NCBI GenBank assembly: GCA_964620755.1
Contig: CAZUHH010000008.1
Coordinates: forward strand, 123,314 to 187,313
DNA length: 64,000 bases
Reading direction: 5' to 3'
Origin: an uncultured Bacteroides sp.
GTDB taxonomy: Bacteria > Bacteroidota > Bacteroidia > G022818785
Shown here piece after piece: positions 10,947 to 20,622 of the stretch (its first letter is position 1; every line of letters starts with the position of its first letter). Made by a program: the position numbers and the translations under genes. The notes below the pieces were generated by a model. The model saw only the letters and a program-made list of their open reading frames with translations, was not told where the DNA came from and ran no database searches.

Positions 10947-11390
10947 ATGCCTTTATATCAATTAAATTTAATACCACATATTAATTGTATTATTAATATA
11001 ATTTGTACTGTATTATTAATAATATCATTTACTGTAATAAAAAAATATAAAAATATTGTTTTACATAAAGTATTAAATTTAATAACATTAATTCTATCTG
11101 TAATATTTTTATCATTATATATAATTTATCATTATAATATTCCCCATACTAAATATCCAAATACAAATATTATATATTATTTTTATGTAATTGTTTTAAT
11201 TACACATATATTATGTGCAATGATAATATTACCTTTAATTTTATTATCGTTTTTTTATGCATTTAATAACAAAGTATCTACTCATAAAAAAATTTCTATT
11301 TGGACTTTACCAATTTGGTTATATGTAACTATAAGTGGAATTATAGTATATATGATAATATCGCCTTATTATTCAATAAACATTTATTAA
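10947..11390 (+). CDS. DUF420-family membrane protein (cox operon accessory)
   Basis: FLSLYIIYH, LITHIL, HKKISIWTLPIWLYVTISGIIVYMIISPYY. Confidence 0.88.
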   Translation: MPLYQLNLIPHINCIINIICTVLLIISFTVIKKYKNIVLHKVLNLITLILSVIFLSLYIIYHYNIPHTKYPNTNIIYYFYVIVLITHILCAMIILPLILLSFFYAFNNKVSTHKKISIWTLPIWLYVTISGIIVYMIISPYYSINIY

Positions 11391-11391
11391 T

Positions 11392-11625
11392 ATGAAAAAA
11401 GTACTATTTTACATTATAATAATTAATTTTCTTAAAATAAGTAATTTATTTGCGCAATGTGCAATGTGTAATGCATCAGCAGAATCGTCTTATAGAGAAA
11501 ATAATGGTATATCAAGTGGATTAAATTATGGAATATTATATATGTTTATAATACCATATATATTAATTTTTATATTGTATATAATTTGGAATTATAATAA
11601 TCTATTTAAAAAGTATAATCATTAA
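11392..11625 (+). CDS. Small exported membrane-anchored protein with AQCAMC motif (Bacteroidota cox-operon associated)
   Basis: Signal peptide ending LFA-Q, CAMC, GLNYGILYMF and a C-terminal TM helix; last gene of the operon. Confidence 0.8.
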   Translation: MKKVLFYIIIINFLKISNLFAQCAMCNASAESSYRENNGISSGLNYGILYMFIIPYILIFILYIIWNYNNLFKKYNH

Positions 11626-12624
11626 TCCAGTCATAAGCATATTAAATATAGATAATGGAATTAATATATTCCATCCTAAATATATCAATTGATCATATCT
11701 AAATCTAGGTAAAGTCCATCTAATCCATATAAATAAAAATATAAATAAAAATATTTTTAAAAATAAAAAAATAATTCCTAATATACTTATTATATTAACA
11801 TTTACATTATATTGATATAATATATTCATGCCTATAAAATTATAACCTCCAAAATATAAAGTTGACATTATAACTGATGACATAAATATATTTATATATT
11901 CTGCAAATAAAAAAAATCCTAATTTCATACTGGAATATTCAGTATGGTATCCAGCTATTAATTCTGTTTCACATTCAACTAAATCAAATGGATTTCTATT
12001 TGTTTCAGCAAATGAACAAATTAAAAATATTAAAAATCCTAAAGGTTGATAAAATATATTCCAATTTATTGAGTATTGTTGCTCTACAATGTTTTTTAAA
12101 CTAAAAGTTTCAGTAATCATGATAAGAGATATTAATGAAAAACTCATTGATATTTCATAACTAATATTTTGGGCTACTCCTCTTATTGCAGAAAACAATG
12201 AATATTTATTATTAGATGACCATCCTGCCATTATAATACCATATATATTAAGAGATATAATAGCAAATATATATAAAATACCAATATTAATATCAGTTAT
12301 TTGCAAATCAATAAAACGATTATTAATTAATAATTTATCTCCCCAAGGTATAACTGCGCTACTAATAAGTGCTAATATCATATATATTAATGGTGCACAT
12401 ATAAATAATAATTTATTAGAATTATAAGGAATAATTTCTTCTTTGGTTAATAATTTGATTCCATCTATTATAGGTTGCAAAATTCCATATATACCAACTC
12501 TATTAGGACCTAATCTATCTTGTATAAATCCTGCTATTTTACGTTCTGCTAATGTAGTATACATAGCAATTAATAGTGTAATTATAAAAATTACACTTAT
12601 AAGGATCATCTTTTCTATTATCAT
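11602..12624 (-). CDS. nuoH: NADH-quinone oxidoreductase subunit H (copy 1, well conserved, orphan)
   Basis: ERKIAGFIQDRLGPNRVG, QPIIDGIKLLTKE, ISYE, AETNRNPFDLVECETEL, RWTLPRFRYDQL. Confidence 0.96.
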   Translation of the reverse strand: MIIEKMILISVIFIITLLIAMYTTLAERKIAGFIQDRLGPNRVGIYGILQPIIDGIKLLTKEEIIPYNSNKLLFICAPLIYMILALISSAVIPWGDKLLINNRFIDLQITDINIGILYIFAIISLNIYGIIMAGWSSNNKYSLFSAIRGVAQNISYEISMSFSLISLIMITETFSLKNIVEQQYSINWNIFYQPLGFLIFLICSFAETNRNPFDLVECETELIAGYHTEYSSMKLGFFLFAEYINIFMSSVIMSTLYFGGYNFIGMNILYQYNVNVNIISILGIIFLFLKIFLFIFLFIWIRWTLPRFRYDQLIYLGWNILIPLSIFNMLMTGLMIILFK

Positions 12625-12711
12625 ATATGTTTTTGGTAATTAAAAAATATACATATTTTTGATTGATATAATGATACAATTTTTTTTTTTTAAATCATAT
12701 ATAATAATAAA

Positions 12712-13785
12712 ATGAAAAAATATAATTTTAGTGCTGGACCTGCTATTTTACCTCAAGAGGTATATGAAAAATTATCAAATTCTATAATAGAATTTGATAA
12801 TACAGGATTATCTATATTGGAAATATCTCATAGAAGTGATATTTTTAATGAGATAATTTATAATATAAAAAAATTAACCAAAGAAATATTAAATATTAAT
12901 AATAATTATTCTATTTTATTATTAAGCGGTGGTGCTACTACACAATTTTATATGATACCTTATAATTTTATTGATAAAAATGATACTGCATCATATTTAG
13001 ATAGTGGATTTTGGGCATATAAAGCTATTGAATATGCTAATTATTTTGGCAATGTTGATATTGTAGCATCTTCTAAAAAGAATGAATATAAAAATATACC
13101 AAAAAAATATATTATATCTTCTAAATCTAAATATTTACATTTAACATCTAATAATACTATTGTTGGCACCCAAATAAAACAATACCCTATTTCAAATATA
13201 CCATTAATTGTAGATATGTCATCTGATATATTTAGCAGAGAAATAGATATATCAAAATTTAATTTAATATATGCAAGTGCACAAAAAAATATTGGTCCAG
13301 CTGGCACTACATTAGTTATTATAAAAAATGAAATGCAAAATATTATAAAAAAAAATATTCCTCCTATTATGAATTATAAAGCACATATATTAAATAATTC
13401 TATTGTTAATACACCAGATGTTTTAGCAATTTATGGTTCAATGTTAAATTTACAATGGATTCAAAAAAGTGGAGGAGTAAAAATGTTAGAAGAAAAAAAT
13501 AAAATTAAATATAATATGCTATATAATGAAATAGATCGTAATTCAATGTTTACTAGTATAGCTAATAAAGAAGATAGATCTAATATTAATATTTGTTTTA
13601 ATACAAAAAATGCATTTTATGAGGAAATATTTAATAAATTATTAGAAAATAATGGATTTTATGGCATAAAAGGTCATAGATTAAAAAAATGTTTCAGGGT
13701 ATCTCTTTATAATGCTATAAAGTTAGAATATGTAAAATCGTTAATTGATTTAATGCAATTTTTTGAAAATAAATATTCTATATAA
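12712..13785 (+). CDS. serC: Phosphoserine aminotransferase
   Basis: NFSAGPAILP, LEISHRS, GGATTQF, DMSSD, AQKNIGPAG (PLP lysine), KGHR. Confidence 0.96.
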   Translation: MKKYNFSAGPAILPQEVYEKLSNSIIEFDNTGLSILEISHRSDIFNEIIYNIKKLTKEILNINNNYSILLLSGGATTQFYMIPYNFIDKNDTASYLDSGFWAYKAIEYANYFGNVDIVASSKKNEYKNIPKKYIISSKSKYLHLTSNNTIVGTQIKQYPISNIPLIVDMSSDIFSREIDISKFNLIYASAQKNIGPAGTTLVIIKNEMQNIIKKNIPPIMNYKAHILNNSIVNTPDVLAIYGSMLNLQWIQKSGGVKMLEEKNKIKYNMLYNEIDRNSMFTSIANKEDRSNINICFNTKNAFYEEIFNKLLENNGFYGIKGHRLKKCFRVSLYNAIKLEYVKSLIDLMQFFENKYSI

Positions 13786-13857
13786 TATTTATTTATTTTT
13801 TTGTATAAAAAATAATATATTTAGTAATTAATTTGTATTGTTTTTAGTTTTCTTTTA

Positions 13858-13931
13858 GGGCCCTTAGCTCAGTTGGTTAGAGCAACAGACTCATAATCTG
13901 TAGGTCGATGGTTCAAGCCCATCAGGGCCCA
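13858..13931 (+). tRNA. tRNA-Ile2 (anticodon CAT, lysidine type); CCA not encoded
   Basis: Cloverleaf: acceptor GGGCCCT/AGGGCCC plus discriminator A, D arm TAGCTCAGTTGGTTAGAGC, anticodon stem ACAGA-CTCATAA-TCTGT, T arm GATGG-TTCAAGC-CCATC. The paired G1-C72 and body resemble ileX-type tRNA rather than fMet; elongator Met is not fully excluded. Confidence 0.88.
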
Positions 13932-13950
13932 TATTTTTAATTTTATATAA

Positions 13951-15828
13951 ATGATAATTAATAGTTTAAGTAACTATGTTAAATTATTAGAAAGTTGTAA
14001 TGAATTAATAAGAATTTATGAATATATAGATCCTAATTTAGAAATTTCGGAAATTGTTGATCGTGTTGTAAAAAATAATGGTCCAGCTTTATTATTTCAA
14101 AATAATGGAACTAATTTTCCACTATTAATAAATTGCATGGGCAGTTACAGACGTATATGTATTGCATTAAGAGTCAATAATTTAAATGAAATAGAACATA
14201 AAATAAATAATATTTTAAATAATTTTATAGGGAATAAACAATATAGCAGTATTTTTGATAAATTAAAATTATTACCTAAATTATTAAATTTGAGCTATTT
14301 ATTACCAAAGAATTTATCCTATAAAGGTGAATGTCAAGAAATAGTTTTAAAAAATCCTGATATTAATATTTTTCCTATTTTAAAATGTTGGCCTATGGAT
14401 GGTGGTAATTTTTTAACATTGCCTATGATTCATACTTTAAATCCATATAATAAAATATTAAATGTTGGTATGTATAGAATGCAAATTTTTGGACCAAAAT
14501 TAACAGCAATTCATTGGCATAAACACAAGGTATCTAAAGAACATTTTAATTATTATAAAAAATTAAAGAAAAAAATGCCAATAGCAGTGACATTAGGAGG
14601 TGATCCTATATATACTTATTGTGCAACTGCGCCACTACCAAGTAATATAGAAGAATATTTATTAGCGGGTATATTACGAAATAAGGGCGTTGAGTTAGTT
14701 AATTGTTTAACTCAACCAATAAGAGTACCAAGAGATGTAGATATTGTAATTGAAGGATATATAGATCCTTCAGAAGATTATATTTTAGAAGGTCCGTTTG
14801 GTGATCATACTGGTTATTATTCTTTAGAAGATTATTATCCTAAATTTCATATTACTTGTATAACACATAGAAAAAATGCTATTTATCCTGCTACTATTGT
14901 AGGTATCCCTCCTCAAGAAGATACATGGATTGGTAAAGCTACTGAACGGATTTTTCTATTACCAATTAAGATGAGTATTATACCAGAAATAATTGATATT
15001 AGATTTCCTGTAGAAGGTGTTTTTCATAATTTAGTAATTATTAAGATTAAAAAAAATTATCCAGGACAGGCATTTAAAGTTATAAATGCTGTTTGGGGAA
15101 CTGGTCAATTAATGCTTACTAAAATAGTTATTGTAATAGATGAAAATATAGATTTATATGAAGATTTAACAATTGCAAAAATAATATTTAATAATATCAA
15201 TAATCAAAATATAATATTTACTAATGGACCAATCGATGTTTTAGATCATGCATGTGATAAGCTTGCTTTTGGTGGAAAAATAGGTATAGATGCAACAGAT
15301 CAATTATATGAAGAAAAAATATCAAATATTAAAAAATGTTCTTTAACAAAAAAATTATTTCAAGAAATTGATATTAATAATATAAAAAAAATATATCCAG
15401 AAATACAAGATATGAAACTGGAATTATTATTAAGTAATGTACCTGTAATTTTTATTGCAATTAAAAAATCATATTATAAACATATATTTTATATAAATAA
15501 CAGTTTATTTAAGTTAAAATGTTTTAATAATATTAAAACCATTATATATTTAGATTTCTTCTTTAAAGAAGATAATATTTCATCATTGCTTTGGCGTTGC
15601 TTAAATAATATAGATCCTAAAAGAGATAGTTATATTATCAACAATAAAGAATGTATAAAAATAGGTTTTGATTGCACTATAAAAACATTAAAAATAGATA
15701 AATTTGAAAGAAAATGGCCAAATATAATAACTTCAAATAATAAAACAATTAATAAAATAAATACAATATGGCCCAAATTAAGATTGGGTGAAATAATAGA
15801 ATCACCTTCTAAAAAATATAAACAATAA
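13951..15828 (+). CDS. UbiD-family decarboxylase, menaquinone (futalosine pathway) MqnL/SCO4490 type
   Basis: NVGMYRMQ, EGPFGDHTGYY, YPATIVGIPPQED, KATERIFL, GPIDVLDHA, GGKIGIDAT; long 625-aa form with a duplicated C-terminal region (NIDPKRD). Confidence 0.88.
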   Translation: MIINSLSNYVKLLESCNELIRIYEYIDPNLEISEIVDRVVKNNGPALLFQNNGTNFPLLINCMGSYRRICIALRVNNLNEIEHKINNILNNFIGNKQYSSIFDKLKLLPKLLNLSYLLPKNLSYKGECQEIVLKNPDINIFPILKCWPMDGGNFLTLPMIHTLNPYNKILNVGMYRMQIFGPKLTAIHWHKHKVSKEHFNYYKKLKKKMPIAVTLGGDPIYTYCATAPLPSNIEEYLLAGILRNKGVELVNCLTQPIRVPRDVDIVIEGYIDPSEDYILEGPFGDHTGYYSLEDYYPKFHITCITHRKNAIYPATIVGIPPQEDTWIGKATERIFLLPIKMSIIPEIIDIRFPVEGVFHNLVIIKIKKNYPGQAFKVINAVWGTGQLMLTKIVIVIDENIDLYEDLTIAKIIFNNINNQNIIFTNGPIDVLDHACDKLAFGGKIGIDATDQLYEEKISNIKKCSLTKKLFQEIDINNIKKIYPEIQDMKLELLLSNVPVIFIAIKKSYYKHIFYINNSLFKLKCFNNIKTIIYLDFFFKEDNISSLLWRCLNNIDPKRDSYIINNKECIKIGFDCTIKTLKIDKFERKWPNIITSNNKTINKINTIWPKLRLGEIIESPSKKYKQ

Positions 15829-15830
15829 AT

Positions 15831-17360
15831 TCATGGTGTTATATTTCCATACATTCTAGGAAATGTAGCTGTTTCTCTAACATGTTCAGATTTGCATATC
15901 CAATTAGTAATTCTTTCTATGCCTAATCCAAAACCTGAATGTGGTATTGTTCCATATTGCCTTAAATCAAGATACCATTTAAAATCTTCAACATTTAAAT
16001 TATTATTTTTTATATTAGTTATTAATTGATTAAAATCATCTTCTCTTTCTGAGCCTCCAATTATTTCACCATAGCCTTCAGGAGCTAATAAATCTACATT
16101 ATTAACTACGTTTTTATTATAATTATTTTTTTTCATATAAAATGGTTTGATCTCATACGGCCAATGATATATCATTAAAGGAGTATTAAATAATTTCATC
16201 AATGAAGTTTCATCTGCGCCTCCAAGATCATTACCATATTTAAATCTTTTAGCTGATTTAATCCATATATGTACATTATTAATATTTTGCACAATATCTT
16301 TATATTCTTTTTGTAAGTTATTTAACTTATTAATCAAATCATTTTTATCTTTTTTACTAGTATTATCATTATTAATTAATAATTGATATTCTTTAATATA
16401 TTCACTAATTTCATTTTGTCTTTCTTTAAATAAAAGAATATCTTTATTTAAAAGATCAATTATATTTTTTGAATTTATATTTTTATGACCATTTAATAAT
16501 ATTATTGCTTCTTTATATGTTATTCTATTAAAAGGTTTTGTAAAACTCTTTAAAACATCAATATCTCTATTTAATAGAGATAATTCTGTAGAGTTATTTT
16601 TTATAATATAATTAATAATATATATTATCAATTCTTCCATAAGATCCATAGTCATATTTAAATCATAAAAAGCCATTTCAGGTTCCAACATCCAAAACTC
16701 TGATAAGTGGCGTCTAGTTTTAGATTTTTCTGCTCTAAAATTAGGACCTAATGTATATATTTTATTCATTGACATTGCTGCTGCTTCTCCATATAATTGA
16801 CCAGATTGACTTAAATAGGCATTAACATTATAAAATCCAGTTTTAAATAAACTTGTTGTGTTTTCAACTGAATTATTAGTTAATATAGGAGTATTGACAT
16901 ATACAAACCCTTTTTCATCTAAAAATTTATGTAATCCCAAAAAAATATTACTTTTTATTTTCATAGTTGCCCATTGACGTTGAGATCTTAACCATAAGTG
17001 CCTTTTGCTTAATAAAAAATTAATGCCATGTTTTTTTTTTGTAATAGGAAAATTATTACATATTTGATATATGACAATATTTTTTATATAAATTTCATAT
17101 CCTTTTAATTGTTTATGATTCATTTGTACTGTTCCTAAAATTGATACAGAACTTTCTAAAGTTAATAATTTAACTTTATTAATTATATCAACATTAGAAT
17201 CGTTTTTTTTTATAAAACATTGACAGTATCCTGTTCCATCTCTCAAGTTTATAAATATAAAGCTTTTTGTTTCGCTTTTACTTTTAACCCATCCTTTTAA
17301 ATTGATATTTTCATTATATATATTTTGTGATATTTCTGATATGTATGTAGGAAGTTTCAT
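15831..17360 (-). CDS. asnS: Asparagine--tRNA ligase with an ~80-aa internal insertion
   Basis: LRDGTG OB fold, YLSQSGQLY, FRAEKSKTRRHLSEFWMLEPE, GEIIGGSERE, PHSGFGLGIER. Confidence 0.93.
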   Translation of the reverse strand: MKLPTYISEISQNIYNENINLKGWVKSKSETKSFIFINLRDGTGYCQCFIKKNDSNVDIINKVKLLTLESSVSILGTVQMNHKQLKGYEIYIKNIVIYQICNNFPITKKKHGINFLLSKRHLWLRSQRQWATMKIKSNIFLGLHKFLDEKGFVYVNTPILTNNSVENTTSLFKTGFYNVNAYLSQSGQLYGEAAAMSMNKIYTLGPNFRAEKSKTRRHLSEFWMLEPEMAFYDLNMTMDLMEELIIYIINYIIKNNSTELSLLNRDIDVLKSFTKPFNRITYKEAIILLNGHKNINSKNIIDLLNKDILLFKERQNEISEYIKEYQLLINNDNTSKKDKNDLINKLNNLQKEYKDIVQNINNVHIWIKSAKRFKYGNDLGGADETSLMKLFNTPLMIYHWPYEIKPFYMKKNNYNKNVVNNVDLLAPEGYGEIIGGSEREDDFNQLITNIKNNNLNVEDFKWYLDLRQYGTIPHSGFGLGIERITNWICKSEHVRETATFPRMYGNITP

Positions 17361-17454
17361 TATTGATAATAAAATTTTAATTTTATATTGTAATATAAAA
17401 AAAAATATATTATTAATATATTTATAATATATTAATTAAATAATATGACTTTAA

Positions 17455-18879
17455 ATGTTAAATCAAAAATTAAGCATCAGATTAAAACAAAAATTATCAC
17501 CTCAACAAATTAAATTTATTAAACTATTACAGGTTCCGGGTTATATGTTAAATGATAGAATAGATAAAGAAATAGAAAATAATCCAACATTAGAAAAAAA
17601 TGATTTTGATGATAATTTAGATGATAATGATATTAATATCTATAAAAGTATTGATAATTATAGTAGTAATATATATGATTTAAATTATAGTAATAATTAT
17701 AACAATACATCATTAGATATTAATAATGGTATTATTTCGAAATACAAGATGAATAATATTTATGATTATTTATATGAACAATTAGAGACAATACATTTAA
17801 ATAATAAAAATTATATTATAATAAAAAATTTAATTGGGAGTTTAGATATAAATGGATATTTATATAGATCATTTATATCTATTATTGATGATATTAAATC
17901 GAAATATAATATAATATGTAATACAAAGGATATTGAATATGGATTATCATTGTTAAATAAATTTGATCCTATTGGAGTAGGTGCTAGAACTTTACAAGAA
18001 TGTCTATCAATTCAGTTAAATTATAAATTATCTATTAATAATAATAATATAATATCTTTAGCTTTAAAAATTGTTAATCATTATTTTTACGAATTGCAAT
18101 ATAAACATTATAAAAAACTAAAATTATTATTATCATGCGATGATAGTATATTGAAACAAGTATTAAAAGAAATTACAAAATTAAATCCTAAACCTGGTAA
18201 TAATTTATTGGATAAAAATAATGAAAAATTTATATTGCCTGATTTTAAAATAATTAACTCTAATAACAAATTATTTTCAATTATTAATAATAATAACATG
18301 CCTAAATTAAAAATTAGCAATATATATGAAAAAATGTTAATTAAGTATAAATTATTATTAAATAAGAATAAATCATATGATATAAATACTATTAATTTTA
18401 TAAAAAATAAAATAGAATCAGCTAAATGGTTTATAGAAGCTATTAAACAAAGAAAAAAAATATTAGAATTAACTATAAATGCAATAATGAAATATCAATA
18501 TGAATATTTTTTAACAGGTAATGATATAAAATTAAAACCTATGAATTTAAATGATATTTCTAAAAAAATAAATATGGATGTATCTGCAATTTCAAGAATC
18601 ATTAATAGTAAATATGTAGAAACATATTTTGGTATTTTTAAATTGAAATTTTTTTTTTCTGAAGGTATTAAAACTGAATTAGGAAATAAAGTGTCCAATA
18701 AAAAAATAAAAAAAATATTAGAATTAACTATAAAAAATGAAAATAAAAATAATCCTTTATCAGACAATATGTTAGCCATTTATTTTCAAAAAATAGGTTA
18801 CAAAATAGCGAGAAGAACTATATCAAAATATAGACATCAATTAAATATCCCAGTATCTAGATTAAGAAAAATGATATAA
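17455..18879 (+). CDS. rpoN: RNA polymerase sigma-54 factor
   Basis: Region I QKLSPQQIKFIKLLQ, DPIGVGARTLQECL, LKPMNLNDI, LKFFFS, RpoN box IARRTISKYR. Confidence 0.95.
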   Translation: MLNQKLSIRLKQKLSPQQIKFIKLLQVPGYMLNDRIDKEIENNPTLEKNDFDDNLDDNDINIYKSIDNYSSNIYDLNYSNNYNNTSLDINNGIISKYKMNNIYDYLYEQLETIHLNNKNYIIIKNLIGSLDINGYLYRSFISIIDDIKSKYNIICNTKDIEYGLSLLNKFDPIGVGARTLQECLSIQLNYKLSINNNNIISLALKIVNHYFYELQYKHYKKLKLLLSCDDSILKQVLKEITKLNPKPGNNLLDKNNEKFILPDFKIINSNNKLFSIINNNNMPKLKISNIYEKMLIKYKLLLNKNKSYDINTINFIKNKIESAKWFIEAIKQRKKILELTINAIMKYQYEYFLTGNDIKLKPMNLNDISKKINMDVSAISRIINSKYVETYFGIFKLKFFFSEGIKTELGNKVSNKKIKKILELTIKNENKNNPLSDNMLAIYFQKIGYKIARRTISKYRHQLNIPVSRLRKMI

Positions 18880-18884
18880 TCAAT

Positions 18885-19949
18885 TTATAATATATCATTA
18901 TAATATAATAACGATTTTTTAATATTATCTTTAATAGTATATTTATTTATTATTGCTTTGCCTATTGTATTAATAAAAGTAAAATTAATATTATCTGTAT
19001 TTTTTTTGTCATATAACATTAAATTCATTATTTTATCGAATAACATATGAGGTATTTTTTTTAAAAAAAAAGCTTGTATAAGAAATGTATTAATATTTAA
19101 TAAATCATTATAATCTAATATTTTTTCTAAATATGCAATATAATTTTCACATATCATACCCATTACTATTGCATCACCATGTGATATTTCAATATTATGA
19201 TCTAAATAAGAACTTTCAATAGCATGACCTATTGTGTGCCCAAAATTTAAAATTTTTCTAATATTATTTTCATAAATATCTTTCATAATAATATTATTTT
19301 TAATATTTAATGATTCATAAATAATATCGTAATCAACATCATTTTTTAATGACACTATTCTTTTAAGTTTATAATAATATTCTTTATCATATATTAATCC
19401 ATGTTTGATCATTTCAGCAAATCCTGATAATATATGTTCATATTTAAGTGTTTTTAAAAATATGATATCAATATAAACAGACACAGGGTTTTTAAATAAT
19501 CCTATACAATTTTTTACATTATAAAGATTAAAACCAGTTTTTTCACCAATAGAAGCATCTATTTGAGATAATAAAGTAGTTGGTATATTGATAAAATCAA
19601 TACCTCTTTTATAAGTTGATGCAATAAATCCTCCTATATCAGTTATTACACCTCCTCCTAAATTAATTAATAAGCTATTTCTATTAATTTTATTATCTAA
19701 CATATATTTCCAAACTATTATACAAGTATCTATATTTTTATTCTTATCTCCTGGTTGAATATTTATGTGTTTGAAATTGTTAATTCCAGATTTTTTAATA
19801 AAAATTGGTAAACAATATTTATTAGTATTACTATCTGTAAAAATAATAATATTAGAATATTTATGTGTTTGCAAATGAATATTTAACATTTCATATATAT
19901 TGTTCATATATATCATACAATTTTTACTTCTTAAAGTAAAACATTTCAT
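18885..19949 (-). CDS. aroB: 3-dehydroquinate synthase
   Basis: LGGGVITDIGGF, YKRGIDFINIPTTLLSQIDASIG, AEMIKHG, LNFGHTIGHAIES, HGDAI. Confidence 0.95.
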   Translation of the reverse strand: MKCFTLRSKNCMIYMNNIYEMLNIHLQTHKYSNIIIFTDSNTNKYCLPIFIKKSGINNFKHINIQPGDKNKNIDTCIIVWKYMLDNKINRNSLLINLGGGVITDIGGFIASTYKRGIDFINIPTTLLSQIDASIGEKTGFNLYNVKNCIGLFKNPVSVYIDIIFLKTLKYEHILSGFAEMIKHGLIYDKEYYYKLKRIVSLKNDVDYDIIYESLNIKNNIIMKDIYENNIRKILNFGHTIGHAIESSYLDHNIEISHGDAIVMGMICENYIAYLEKILDYNDLLNINTFLIQAFFLKKIPHMLFDKIMNLMLYDKKNTDNINFTFINTIGKAIINKYTIKDNIKKSLLYYNDIL

Positions 19950-20014
19950 TATAATTGTTTTGATTAATTTTAATATATTTTAATTATATTAAAGTTTATA
20001 ATAAAATATATATA

Positions 20015-20614
20015 ATGCAAAAAATATTTTTAATATTATTAGTTTTTATATTATCAAGTTGTAATGACAACAATAGTACTAAACTACCTATTTTAGGTAA
20101 AAAAATAAATAATAATACAAATCATATAATAGATAATTTCAATTTTATCAATCAAGATGGAATATATATCAATAATAATTTTTTTGATGATAAATTATAT
20201 ATTGCAAATTTTTTTTTCATTAATTGTCCTACTATATGTCCAATAGTAATGAACAATTTATACAAAATTCATAAAAAATACTTAAAAAATCCAAAAGTAT
20301 CTATATTATCACATAGCATAGATTATAAATTAGATAATACTTTTCAATTAAAACAATATTCAAAAAAATTAAAAATAAATAATAAAAGATGGAATTTAGT
20401 TTGTGGAAATAAAGATTTAATATATAATATTGCAAAAGACTCTTATATGTTATTGGTTAAAGAAGATAATAATGAACCAGGAGGATTTTTACATAGTGGA
20501 TTACTTATTTTAGTAGATAAAAACAGACATATTAGAGGTATATATGATGGTTTGTCAGATAAAGAAATTAAAAATCTTATTAAAGATATTAAAATATTAT
20601 TAAAAGAATATTAA
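20015..20614 (+). CDS. SCO1/SenC-family copper chaperone lipoprotein
   Basis: Lipobox LSSC, FFFINCPTICP (CxxxC), HSGLLILVDKNRHIRGIYDG. Confidence 0.92.
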   Translation: MQKIFLILLVFILSSCNDNNSTKLPILGKKINNNTNHIIDNFNFINQDGIYINNNFFDDKLYIANFFFINCPTICPIVMNNLYKIHKKYLKNPKVSILSHSIDYKLDNTFQLKQYSKKLKINNKRWNLVCGNKDLIYNIAKDSYMLLVKEDNNEPGGFLHSGLLILVDKNRHIRGIYDGLSDKEIKNLIKDIKILLKEY

Positions 20615-20622
20615 ACAAAATA

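Noticed and set aside
13800-13835. Bacteroidota housekeeping promoter (TTTG ... TAnnTTTG) before the tRNA
   Set aside because: The -7 element mismatches (TTAATTTG) and the spacing to the upstream TTTG is too long.
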